From: an uncultured Blautia sp.
Lineage (GTDB): Bacteria > Bacillota > Clostridia > Lachnospirales > Lachnospiraceae
Length of the DNA: 64,000 bases
Assembly (NCBI GenBank): GCA_934372025.1
Contig: CAKROJ010000009.1
Coordinates: 760 to 64,759, forward strand
Reading direction: 5' to 3'
The stretch's first letter is position 1, and every line of letters starts with the position of its first letter. The notes under the pieces are model-generated. The model had not been told where the DNA came from and ran no database searches. It worked only from the letters and a program-made list of their open reading frames with translations. A program made the position numbers and the translations under genes. Shown here piece by piece: positions 56,297 to 64,000 of the stretch.

Positions 56297-56325
56297 TTTA
56301 CAAATACCCTCAGAGGGTATACAAT
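56297..56325 (+). promoter_or_regulatory. Putative csoR-copA promoter
   Basis: TTTACA (56297-56302), 17 nt, then TACAAT (56320-56325). Confidence 0.6.
56304..56320. promoter_or_regulatory. CsoR operator 1
   Basis: ATACCCTCAGAGGGTAT is a GC-cored palindrome of the TACCC-N-GGGTA CsoR type. It lies exactly in the -35/-10 spacer. Confidence 0.7.
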
Positions 56326-56339
56326 ACAATTATCCTAAT

Positions 56340-56356
56340 ATACCCCCACAGGGTAT
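56340..56356. promoter_or_regulatory. CsoR operator 2
   Basis: ATACCCCCACAGGGTAT, 20 nt downstream of operator 1. Confidence 0.65.
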
Positions 56357-56404
56357 TACAGTAATTCACTTCAATCATTCTACCCAACGAAAGGAACCAA
56401 ATCC

Positions 56405-56746
56405 ATGGACAACAATACATCAGTTTCCACACCAGATGCACCGACAACCGCCCCTTGCTCCTGTTGCTCTAAACACACCCACCGCCCGGACTCCGACCGC
56501 AAAAAACTCATCAACCGCCTCAAACGCATTGAAGGCCAGATCCGCGGAATCATCGGAATGCTCGAGAACGACGCCTACTGCAACGACATCCTCATCCAGT
56601 CCGCTGCCGTCAACGCCGCCGTCAATTCCTTCAACAAAGAACTCCTTGCCAACCATATCCGCACCTGCGTGGCACGAGATATCCGCGAAGGCAAAGATGA
56701 GACAATTGACGAACTCGTAACAACCCTACAGAAATTAATGAAATAA
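56405..56746 (+). CDS. csoR: Copper-sensing transcriptional repressor CsoR (DUF156 family)
   Basis: 113 aa. RLKRIEGQIRGI..M.E.D.YC.DIL.Q..AV..A is the canonical CsoR/RcnR helix bundle with Cys/His ligands. Confidence 0.9.
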   Translation: MDNNTSVSTPDAPTTAPCSCCSKHTHRPDSDRKKLINRLKRIEGQIRGIIGMLENDAYCNDILIQSAAVNAAVNSFNKELLANHIRTCVARDIREGKDETIDELVTTLQKLMK

Positions 56747-56752
56747 TATATC

Positions 56753-56924
56753 ATCCTAGTACATCGTTTTCGAAATAACTATACCACTCACTTGTCTGCG
56801 AATCCGATTGCACAGGTCTAAAAGCCTCAGCGTAGCCCGCTACGCCTGCACTTTTTATACCAGCACACTCGAATCCGCATCCTACGCGATTGGTATAGTT
56901 ATTTACGAAACGATGTACTAGGAT
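56753..56924. repeat. 172-bp long hairpin filling the csoR-copA spacer
   Basis: 34-bp arms: ATCCTAGTACATCGTTTTCGAAATAACTATACCA (56753-56786) and TGGTATAGTTATTTACGAAACGATGTACTAGGAT (56891-56924), with 1 mismatch and 1 indel. The interior is imperfectly paired. The apex is GCGTAGC-CC-GCTACGC (56830-56845). Confidence 0.88.
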
Positions 56925-56952
56925 TAGGACTCATATAAAAGGAGGAATCATC

Positions 56953-59508
56953 ATGGAACAATACAACGTCACCGGCATGAGCTGCGCTGCCTGCAGCTCC
57001 CGCGTAGAAAAAGCTGTCTCCAAAGTACCTGGAGTCACCTCCTGCTCGGTCAGCCTTCTCACCAACTCCATGGGAGTTGAAGGCGAAGCTTCCGCCCAGG
57101 CTATCATCAACGCCGTTGAGCAGGCAGGCTACGGAGCCTCACTCAAGGGCACAGACAAACAAAAACTTTCCATCTCTGAATCAGAAGAAGCACTCGAAGA
57201 TCACGAGACCCCAATCCTCAAACGGCGCCTGATCGCTTCTATTGGATTTTTACTCGTACTCATGTATTTCTCCATGGGGCACATGATGTGGGGCTGGCCG
57301 CTCCCGGCATGGTTCAACGACAATCACATCGCAATGGGCCTCGTTCAGATGCTGCTCGCCGGAATCGTCATGGTCATCAACCAGAAATTTTTTATCAGCG
57401 GATTCAAGAGCCTCTGGCACCGCGCCCCAAACATGGATACACTCGTTGCTCTGGGCTCCATGGCCTCTTTCGTATGGAGTGTTTATGCACTCTTCGCTAT
57501 GACCAGAGCACAGGTGGACGGTGATTCCGCCGCGGTCATGAGCTACATGATGGATTTTTATTTTGAATCCGCAGCAATGATTCTGACTCTGATCACAGTC
57601 GGAAAAATGCTCGAAGCCCGCTCCAAGGGAAAAACCACCGATGCACTTAAAAGTCTGATGAAACTGGCACCCAAAACAGCTGTTGTTCTTCGTAACAATG
57701 AGGAACTCACAATCCCGATCGAGCAAGTACACAAGGGCGATATCTTCGTGGTTCGTCCTGGCGAAAATATACCTGTCGATGGTGTGATCATCGAGGGAAA
57801 CAGCGCCGTTAACGAGTCTGCCCTGACTGGCGAAAGTATCCCGGTTGATAAAACTTCAGGAGATCTCGTCTCTGCTGCAACGGTCAACCAATCCGGATTC
57901 ATCAAATGTGAAGCAACCCGCGTGGGCGAGGATACAACCCTTTCCCAGATCATCAAAATGGTGAGTGATGCAGCTGCCACCAAGGCTCCGATTGCTAAAA
58001 TCGCAGACCGTGTTTCCGGTGTTTTTGTCCCGACTGTTATCACGATTGCTGTCATCACAACCATCATCTGGCTTCTGACCGGACATGAATTTGGCTACTC
58101 TCTTGCCCGCGGAATCTCAGTTCTCGTTATCAGCTGCCCATGCGCCCTCGGACTTGCCACTCCCGTAGCAATCATGGTCAGCAACGGAATGGGGGCTCGA
58201 AATGGCATCCTGTTCAAGACTGCTGTTTCACTTGAAGAGGCAGGCAAAGTTCAGATCGTCGCCCTGGATAAAACCGGTACGATCACCAGCGGACAGCCCG
58301 AAGTTACTGACCTGCTTCCTGCAGATAATATCTCCGAACAGGAGCTTCTTACTCTGGCATTTGCCCTTGAAAAAAAGAGCGAGCATCCTCTTGCCAAGGC
58401 GATCTTAACACACGCCGAAGCGCAGAATCTCACGGCACCGGAGGTCTCTGATTTTCATGCACTTCCTGGGAATGGTCTTTCTGCTTTATTAAATAATAAA
58501 CCTTTGATTGGCGGAAGCCTCAAGTTTATCAGCAGCAAAGTAAGCGTCCCGGCTGCCCTCTCAAAGAAAGCAGAAAAGCTTGCAGAAGAAGGAAAAACTC
58601 CTCTTCTTTTTGCCCATAATGACAGGTTGATCGGCATTATCGCGGTTGCCGATGTTATCAAAGAAGACAGTCCACAGGCAATCAAAGAACTTCAGAATAT
58701 GGGAATCCGTGTGGTCATGCTGACCGGTGACAATGAACGTACTGCACAGGCAATCGGTAAACAGGCAGGTGTAGATGATGTCATTGCAGGAGTTCTCCCG
58801 GACGGAAAAGAAAGCGTGATCCGTTCTCTCAAAGAACAGGGCAAGGTTGCCATGGTCGGAGACGGAATCAACGATGCACCTGCACTTACCCGGGCAGATA
58901 TCGGCATCGCGATCGGTGCCGGCACGGACATTGCAATCGACGCTGCGGATATTGTCCTGATGAAGAGCCGCTTAAGTGATGTTCCGGCTGCAGTACGACT
59001 CAGCCGTGCCACTTTGAAAAATATCCACGAAAATCTATTCTGGGCATTTTTCTATAATATAATCGGTATTCCGCTGGCCGCCGGTGTATGGATTCCAATC
59101 TTTGGATGGACTCTGAATCCAATGTTCGGTGCCGCTGCAATGAGTCTTTCCAGCTTCTGCGTTGTCACCAACGCACTGCGCCTGAACCTTTTTAAGATCC
59201 ATGATGCAAAAAAGGACAAAAAAATCAGGCAAGCTACTTCCATTCCGTCAGAAATTGATTATAATATAAAAGAAAAGGAGCAAAAAACTATGGTAAAAGT
59301 TACAGTTAATGTTGAGGGAATGATGTGTCCGCACTGCGAAGCACACGTAAACGAGGCAATCAAAAAAGCTTTCGGAGTTGAAGATGTTGTATCTTCTCAC
59401 GAAAACAAAACAACCGTCTTCACAGTATCTGAAAGAGTAGACGAAGATAAGGTTCGCCAGACAATTAAAGATGCCGGATATGAGGTCACCGGTATCACTC
59501 AGGAATAA
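56953..59508 (+). CDS. copA: Copper-translocating P1B-type ATPase with an N-terminal HMA domain and an additional C-terminal CopZ-like HMA domain
   Basis: 851 aa. N-terminal [12 protein letters not shown], the TM CPC motif ([11 protein letters not shown]), [13 protein letters not shown], and a C-terminal ..[18 protein letters not shown] ferredoxin-fold domain (residues about 780-851). Confidence 0.95.
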   Translation: MEQYNVTGMSCAACSSRVEKAVSKVPGVTSCSVSLLTNSMGVEGEASAQAIINAVEQAGYGASLKGTDKQKLSISESEEALEDHETPILKRRLIASIGFLLVLMYFSMGHMMWGWPLPAWFNDNHIAMGLVQMLLAGIVMVINQKFFISGFKSLWHRAPNMDTLVALGSMASFVWSVYALFAMTRAQVDGDSAAVMSYMMDFYFESAAMILTLITVGKMLEARSKGKTTDALKSLMKLAPKTAVVLRNNEELTIPIEQVHKGDIFVVRPGENIPVDGVIIEGNSAVNESALTGESIPVDKTSGDLVSAATVNQSGFIKCEATRVGEDTTLSQIIKMVSDAAATKAPIAKIADRVSGVFVPTVITIAVITTIIWLLTGHEFGYSLARGISVLVISCPCALGLATPVAIMVSNGMGARNGILFKTAVSLEEAGKVQIVALDKTGTITSGQPEVTDLLPADNISEQELLTLAFALEKKSEHPLAKAILTHAEAQNLTAPEVSDFHALPGNGLSALLNNKPLIGGSLKFISSKVSVPAALSKKAEKLAEEGKTPLLFAHNDRLIGIIAVADVIKEDSPQAIKELQNMGIRVVMLTGDNERTAQAIGKQAGVDDVIAGVLPDGKESVIRSLKEQGKVAMVGDGINDAPALTRADIGIAIGAGTDIAIDAADIVLMKSRLSDVPAAVRLSRATLKNIHENLFWAFFYNIIGIPLAAGVWIPIFGWTLNPMFGAAAMSLSSFCVVTNALRLNLFKIHDAKKDKKIRQATSIPSEIDYNIKEKEQKTMVKVTVNVEGMMCPHCEAHVNEAIKKAFGVEDVVSSHENKTTVFTVSERVDEDKVRQTIKDAGYEVTGITQE

Positions 59509-59529
59509 AACACAATATTATTTGAACAC

Positions 59530-59565
59530 AAACGGTTCCGCAAATATTCTACGGAACCGTTTATT
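59530..59565 (+). terminator. Probable terminator of copA
   Basis: AAACGGTTCCG caaatattcta CGGAACCGTTT, followed by ATT. The T-run is short. Confidence 0.6.
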
Positions 59566-59568
59566 GAT

Positions 59569-59605
59569 TACTCGTAACTGTTCGCTACCCTCACAGTTAC
59601 GAGTA
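59569..59605. repeat. Perfect 13-bp-stem hairpin upstream of the CLC gene
   Basis: TACTCGTAACTGT tcgctaccctc ACAGTTACGAGTA. The 12-mer GTAACTGTTCGC recurs as its reverse complement at about 51739-51750. Confidence 0.75.
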
Positions 59606-59627
59606 CTTTCAGGGGGAGGAAATAGCT

Positions 59628-60920
59628 ATGAAAATCAGTCCAGATCCGAACGAACCGGATCAGAAAAACCTTCAATATTACATCAGCCATATCTGGCGAG
59701 ATGTATCAAACCTTGTCAAGTGGCTGATCCTTGCAGTTCTGACCGGACTGATCGTCGGATTCATCAGTACACTTTTTGCAAGAGCACTAAAGTTTGTCAC
59801 CACTTATCGAACAGAACACTACTGGGTATTCTTCCTGCTTCCTGTTGCTGGTCTGATCATTGCATTTCTTTATCAGAAACTCGGCCAGGATGACGGTGGA
59901 ACCAACCAGGTACTTTCTACAATCCGTTCACAGGACGACGTACAGTTTCGTTCAGCACCGCTGATCTTTGTCTCCACAATCCTGACTCACTTTACAGGCG
60001 GTTCTGCCGGTCGTGAGGGCGCTGCGATCCAGCTTGGTGGAAGCATCGGCAACCAGCTCGGAAGCTGGCTGCGCCTCGACGAAGAGGACTGCCATGTTAT
60101 GGTTATGTGCGGAATGAGCGCTGCTTTCTCCGCAGTTTTTGGAACTCCGATGGCTGCAGCTGTTTTCTCCATGGAAGTTGTAAGTGTTGGAATCATGTAC
60201 TACGCAGCTCTGGTTCCGTGCGTGATCGCATCCATTATTGCATCAAAATTTGCTGCCAGCTTTGGTATCAATCCAGAGTCTTTCCACGTAGTCAATATTC
60301 CGGAACTTACGATTGAAACAGGACTCAAAATGATCGTGGTAACCGTAGCCTGCGCCGCGATCAGTATTATTTTCTGCATGATTCTCACCGGTGTCGGAAA
60401 GCTTTATAAACGTTATCTCCCCAACCCATACATACGTATTATAGCAGCCAGTATGATCATCATCGTGATTACTCTTTGCCTCAGAACCACTGACTATATG
60501 GGTGCCGGAAATAATCTGATCGAGCTTGCCATTGAAGACGGTCAGGCACGGCCTTTGGACTTTTTCTGGAAAATTCTGCTCACAGCACTGACTATGCGCG
60601 CCGGTTTTCGTGGTGGGGAAATCGTCCCGGCCTTCTGCATCGGTGCTACTTTTGGCTGTGTTATGGGACATCTGATCGGACTGTCTCCATCACTCTGCGC
60701 CGCTGCCGGAATGGCCGCTCTTTTCTGCGGCGTTACCAACTGTCCGATCACCTCTATCCTGATTGCATTTGAGCTGTTTGGTTTCCGCGGTGTATCTTAT
60801 TATCTGATCGCCGTTTCCATCAGTTACGCAGTTTCCGGATATTATGGTCTGTACAAAGATCAGACAATCGTATATTCCAAATATAAAGCAAAATACATCA
60901 ACCGTCATACCAGATTCTGA
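59628..60920 (+). CDS. CLC-family anion channel/antiporter (no CBS domains)
   Basis: 430 aa, about 10-12 TM helices. GGSAGREGAAIQLG (GREG gating-Glu motif), GTPMAAAVFSME and GGEIVPAF motifs. Confidence 0.88.
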   Translation: MKISPDPNEPDQKNLQYYISHIWRDVSNLVKWLILAVLTGLIVGFISTLFARALKFVTTYRTEHYWVFFLLPVAGLIIAFLYQKLGQDDGGTNQVLSTIRSQDDVQFRSAPLIFVSTILTHFTGGSAGREGAAIQLGGSIGNQLGSWLRLDEEDCHVMVMCGMSAAFSAVFGTPMAAAVFSMEVVSVGIMYYAALVPCVIASIIASKFAASFGINPESFHVVNIPELTIETGLKMIVVTVACAAISIIFCMILTGVGKLYKRYLPNPYIRIIAASMIIIVITLCLRTTDYMGAGNNLIELAIEDGQARPLDFFWKILLTALTMRAGFRGGEIVPAFCIGATFGCVMGHLIGLSPSLCAAAGMAALFCGVTNCPITSILIAFELFGFRGVSYYLIAVSISYAVSGYYGLYKDQTIVYSKYKAKYINRHTRF

Positions 60921-61061
60921 TCTGGTACGGCGGTTTTCTGTTCCTTTTTCTTAATTAATATTAAGGTAATATCAACAAATTTATCTAAAACTTTACTTGT
61001 ACATTGAAAATATTGTGTTAGAATATAAGTGTATTTTTTAGGAAAAAACAGGAGGAATTAT

Positions 61062-62486
61062 ATGCGCAAAACAAAAATTATCTGTACCCTTGGTCCGTCT
61101 ACTGACAAAGATGGAGTTCTCGAAGAACTTATCAAAGAAGGAATGAACGTTGCACGTTTTAACTTCTCTCATGGTTTACACGACGAACAAAAAGGCCGTA
61201 TCGATAAATTGAAAGAAATCCGTACACGTCTTGGCAAACCGATCGCTGCGCTTCTTGATACAAAAGGTCCTGAAATCCGTATCTGCGAATTTGCAGATGG
61301 CAAGATTACTCTGAAGGAAGGTCAGCTGTTTACCTTAACCCCAGATGATATAGAAGGAAATGAAAATATTGTTTCCGTTACTTACAAAGAGTTATATAAA
61401 GATGTCAGACCAGGCAACCATATTCTGATCGATGATGGTCTGATCGAACTTGAAGTCCAGAAGATCAAAAGTCATGATATTGTCTGTAAGGTAATCAATG
61501 GTGGTGTTCTCGGCAACAAAAAAGGTGTCAACCTTCCTGGTGTTGAAGTAAATATGCCATTTATCAGTCCTAAGGATCGCGACGATATCCTCTTCGGTAT
61601 CAAAGAAGGCTATGATTTTATCGCAGCTTCCTTTACCAGAACAGCAGCCGATATCAAAGAGATCCGTGATATCCTTGAAAAGAATGGTGGACAGGGAATC
61701 AAGATCATTGCAAAAATCGAAAATCAGCAGGGTGTTGACAACATCGACAGTATCATCGAAGCTGCTGACGGTATCATGATCGCCCGTGGTGATATGGGTG
61801 TTGAGATCCCGCTTGAGGACGTTCCGGTCATTCAGAAGGATATCATTTCCAAAGTTTACACAGCTGGAAAACAGGTTATCACCGCTACTCAGATGCTGGA
61901 TTCCATGATAAAAAATCCTCGTCCGACCCGTGCTGAAACCACTGATGTTGCCAATGCGATTTATCAGGGAACAAGTGCGATCATGCTCTCCGGTGAAACT
62001 GCTGCCGGCAAATATCCGGTAGAAGCACTCAAGACTATGGTCAAGATCGCAGTCCGTACAGAGGCAGATGTTGAATACAACAAACAGTTCCGTGTTCGCT
62101 ACAACGGCGGAGCATCCAACATGACTACTGCGATTTCTCATGCTACCTGCATGACAGCGATCGATCTGGATGCAAAAGCAATCATCGCCATCACACGCTC
62201 CGGAAATACAGCTCGCATGGTCTCCAAATATCGTCCAGGATGTATGATCATTGGATGTACTCCGGATGAGCGTACCTGCCGTCAGATGAACCTTGCATGG
62301 GGTGTTACACCAATACATATGAAAGAAGAATACAGCATGGAGATCCTTCTCCTTCACGCTACAGAAGCTGCTGAAGAAAAAGGTTATGTTAAAAAAGGCG
62401 ATGTTGTTGTTCTTACCGTTGGTGTTCCGCTTGGACGTTCCGGCAATACCAACCTGCTTAAAGCCACTGTTGTTGGTGAATATTAA
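61062..62486 (+). CDS. pyk: Pyruvate kinase
   Basis: ORF 61029..62486. The ATG at 61062 follows AGGAGGA and gives MRKTKIICTLGPST... Also MNVARFNFSHG and MIARGDMGVEIP motifs. Confidence 0.96.
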   Translation: MRKTKIICTLGPSTDKDGVLEELIKEGMNVARFNFSHGLHDEQKGRIDKLKEIRTRLGKPIAALLDTKGPEIRICEFADGKITLKEGQLFTLTPDDIEGNENIVSVTYKELYKDVRPGNHILIDDGLIELEVQKIKSHDIVCKVINGGVLGNKKGVNLPGVEVNMPFISPKDRDDILFGIKEGYDFIAASFTRTAADIKEIRDILEKNGGQGIKIIAKIENQQGVDNIDSIIEAADGIMIARGDMGVEIPLEDVPVIQKDIISKVYTAGKQVITATQMLDSMIKNPRPTRAETTDVANAIYQGTSAIMLSGETAAGKYPVEALKTMVKIAVRTEADVEYNKQFRVRYNGGASNMTTAISHATCMTAIDLDAKAIIAITRSGNTARMVSKYRPGCMIIGCTPDERTCRQMNLAWGVTPIHMKEEYSMEILLLHATEAAEEKGYVKKGDVVVLTVGVPLGRSGNTNLLKATVVGEY

Positions 62487-62531
62487 TTACCTCTATTACT
62501 TTTTACAATAATTATACTTCAAAATAAAGAA

Positions 62532-62567
62532 GGTCATTGTCACCTGCTCTCTCAGGTGACAATGACC
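62532..62567. terminator. Bidirectional intrinsic terminator
   Basis: GGTCATTGTCACCTG ctctct CAGGTGACAATGACC, a perfect 15-bp stem between convergent genes with A/T-rich flanks. Confidence 0.85.
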
Positions 62568-62574
62568 CTGTATT

Positions 62575-63849
62575 TTATTTCTTATAGACTGTAATTACAA
62601 TCGGTTCCTGTTTCTCATCGCCATACGGCTGAATCCAGTATAATCCTTCATCTGAATTCTTCTTTTCTGAATTTGCAGAAGTTTTTCCTTTCTCAAATAC
62701 AACTTCGTCTTCTGTCTTTGCATATGTAAGTTCCAGATATGGTCCGCTGCCGTTCACATCATTCAATATAATCTGATTCTTTCTGTCCTGAATTTTCTTT
62801 TCAGAAAAATTCTTGTTCTGACCACCAGAGAGTTTCCAACTGTTCTTATTTATCACACAGGTTCCTGCAGTAGATGTAGTCAGGATCACTTCTTTTTCTG
62901 TCTCAGAAATTTTGACAATATTCAACACTTTTTCATTTTCTGTAAGCGTTATGATGGTCTTATCATCCTTTGCATGAAGACGAATTCCAAGTTCAGATGC
63001 TGCTTTCTTTGCACTTAATGTAATCCAGTGAACTTTCGGATCCTTTGGATCAATCATAGCAATTGAATGAAGCTTCTTATTTTCGCTGATCAGGGAAAAT
63101 CCATTTTTCACTTCCTCGATTTCCATTGACAATACCAGATCTGTAATGTTTCCATCTGAATCCTGCTTAATTTCAGTTGTTCCTGGTGGAACTGTCATAC
63201 CCGTGACTTCTTCTGTTTCTTCCTCATTATCGGCATTCATTTGAGTCACCTGAAGCGTACCGGCTGCTGTCTCCGGATCATATTCTGTTACTATATCTGT
63301 GGAAGTTGCTGAAGCATATGCCACGTCTTCTTCATCAATGTCTTCATCTGGTAATTCTTCGTCTGTTTTCTCATCGTCAGAATCATCCCCCTCCGGCAGA
63401 TTATCTTTCTTTTCCGTCTTCTGCTCTGTATCTGTATCTGGTTTTTCATCTGGTTTTGTGTCTGATTCAGTTACTTTATCCTCACTCTTATCATCTGAAG
63501 TATTTGGATCTTTTACCGGTACTTCTACCAGTTCCATATAATCACAACCTTCTCTCTGACATCTGATGATAACAATTCCTGGCTTCTCATCAGTTACTTC
63601 CTGCATAAGCAGCTCCGTCAGATCATGTCCAAGGGCCTCCGTCTCATCTCTCTTTTCTTCATAATTACAGTCGTCCTCTTTGCAGCGATAAACTGTATAT
63701 CCCTTTTCTGTACAGGTTGGAGGAACTATCTTATATTCGATAAGTTCATGAAGTTCTCCACTCTCTTCTGCATATACAACAGAAGCTCCGGACAATGATA
63801 CTGCCATCATTATTGCCAGTACTGCTGTACCTTTATTTTTTCTTTTCAT
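62575..63849 (-). CDS. Secreted hypothetical protein (signal peptide, Cys-rich N-terminal module, acidic low-complexity linker)
   Basis: 424 aa. MKRKNKGTAVLAIMMAVSLSGASVVYA signal peptide, CTEKGYTVYRCKEDDCNY / CQREGCDY Cys pairs, and a D/E/K/T-rich stretch. I recognise no family. Confidence 0.6.
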   Translation of the reverse strand: MKRKNKGTAVLAIMMAVSLSGASVVYAEESGELHELIEYKIVPPTCTEKGYTVYRCKEDDCNYEEKRDETEALGHDLTELLMQEVTDEKPGIVIIRCQREGCDYMELVEVPVKDPNTSDDKSEDKVTESDTKPDEKPDTDTEQKTEKKDNLPEGDDSDDEKTDEELPDEDIDEEDVAYASATSTDIVTEYDPETAAGTLQVTQMNADNEEETEEVTGMTVPPGTTEIKQDSDGNITDLVLSMEIEEVKNGFSLISENKKLHSIAMIDPKDPKVHWITLSAKKAASELGIRLHAKDDKTIITLTENEKVLNIVKISETEKEVILTTSTAGTCVINKNSWKLSGGQNKNFSEKKIQDRKNQIILNDVNGSGPYLELTYAKTEDEVVFEKGKTSANSEKKNSDEGLYWIQPYGDEKQEPIVITVYKK

Positions 63850-63875
63850 ATGGCTTCTCTCTCTTCCACTTTTGC

Positions 63876-64000
63876 TTACTTCACAGCCAGATCCTTAATT
63901 ACTTCTCCCGCAATGATAAGGCCAACCACTGACGGAACAAATGCTGTAGATCCTGGAATTGCACGGCGCTCTGTACATTTGTGTGCAGCACCCGGAGGGC
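63876..64000 (-). CDS. ThiF/MoeB-fold protein, TcdA-like (C-terminal 41 codons only; the rest lies beyond the right edge)
   Basis: My reverse-complement translation is ..PPGAAHKCTERRAIPGSTAFVPSVVGLIIAGEVIKDLAVK*. The PGS.AFVPSV.GL..AGEV tail resembles tRNA t6A dehydratase TcdA / YgdL-type ThiF proteins. Confidence 0.5.
   Translation of the reverse strand, partial: PPGAAHKCTERRAIPGSTAFVPSVVGLIIAGEVIKDLAVK

Noticed and set aside
55310-56720. ORFs 55310..55492, 55632..55814 and 56112..56720 (+), and 55166..55351, 55684..55908 and 55986..56237 (-), encoding similar MRNEMQ.SF.HQAHCLSAS.. peptides. A related ORF lies at 30362..30565 (-).
   Set aside because: They lie entirely within the palindromic repeats and exist on both strands because of the hairpin symmetry. 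They lack ribosome-binding sites. One runs into csoR out of frame. Their similarity to each other merely reflects the DNA repeat.
59509-59627. Fluoride (crcB-motif) riboswitch upstream of the CLC gene.
   Set aside because: The spacer is fully accounted for by the copA terminator and a perfect 13-bp hairpin. No GGnGAUGG...CCnCC..AACCGCC-like elements are seen.
1-64000. Search for defence systems, prophage, integrative elements, toxin-antitoxin pairs, CRISPR-Cas, retrons, rRNA and tRNA genes.
   Set aside because: None found. Every ORF longer than about 150 aa has a plausible housekeeping, transport or regulatory assignment. I saw no nuclease, helicase, reverse transcriptase, integrase or transposase signatures. 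I also saw no tRNA cloverleaf-like or rRNA-like segments when reading the intergenic regions.

Overview
This 64-kb chromosomal segment looks like a low-GC Firmicute of the Clostridia. A Lachnospiraceae-like origin is only an inference from gene content (fabK-type FASII cluster, glgC/glgD pair, N-terminal-rubredoxin 'reverse' rubrerythrins); there is no marker gene in the window. I support about 50 protein genes, almost all housekeeping. In window order:
- Left part: tatD-like (partial), MOSC-mogA-moaA-moaC, and metG with a T-box leader. Then a two-component system, rbr-perR-rbr, an alpha/beta hydrolase, a transglutaminase-like wall protein and a D,D-carboxypeptidase. Then rpmG-secE-nusG-rplK-rplA.
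- Middle part: a Wzm/Wzt-like ABC exporter plus a priming sugar transferase, glgC-glgD, and a second two-component system with a secreted beta-helix protein. Then DUF308, ftsH, and a complete FASII/ACC operon (fabH-acpP-fabK-fabD-fabG-fabF-accB-fabZ-accC-accD::accA).
- Right part: a nucleotidyltransferase, a 5-gene peptide/nickel-type ABC importer and a LysR regulator. Then a tri-domain methyltransferase-AstE/AspA-methyltransferase fusion, an AEC transporter, a K+ channel and a MATE pump. Then csoR-copA, a CLC channel, pyk, a secreted hypothetical protein and a partial ThiF/TcdA-like gene.

I see no rRNA, tRNA, CRISPR array, transposase, integrase, phage or recognisable defence genes, and I could not identify a novel protein-coding system.

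The unusual content is non-coding. A family of long imperfect hairpins (about 170-300 nt) and 52-53-bp tandem units fills several intergenic regions (about 5.7-6.3 kb, 14.7-15.1 kb, 29.5-30.7 kb, 32.57 kb, 51.8 kb, 54.8-56.3 kb, 56.75 kb). Its members share a conserved apical motif (CTGTnTGAGCGnnAGCGAGTT) and inner core, but have different outer stems that remain complementary.

Secondary points of interest:
- A duplicated rubrerythrin pair that differs only at synonymous sites.
- An apparent copA-copZ fusion that keeps an internal ribosome-binding site.
- A fused accD-accA gene.
- A FabT-like operator with no fabT gene in the cluster.
- Phased T-tracts upstream of glgC.

All coordinates and counts come from manual reading. 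Start codons were refined by looking for Shine-Dalgarno sequences and may be off by a few codons.
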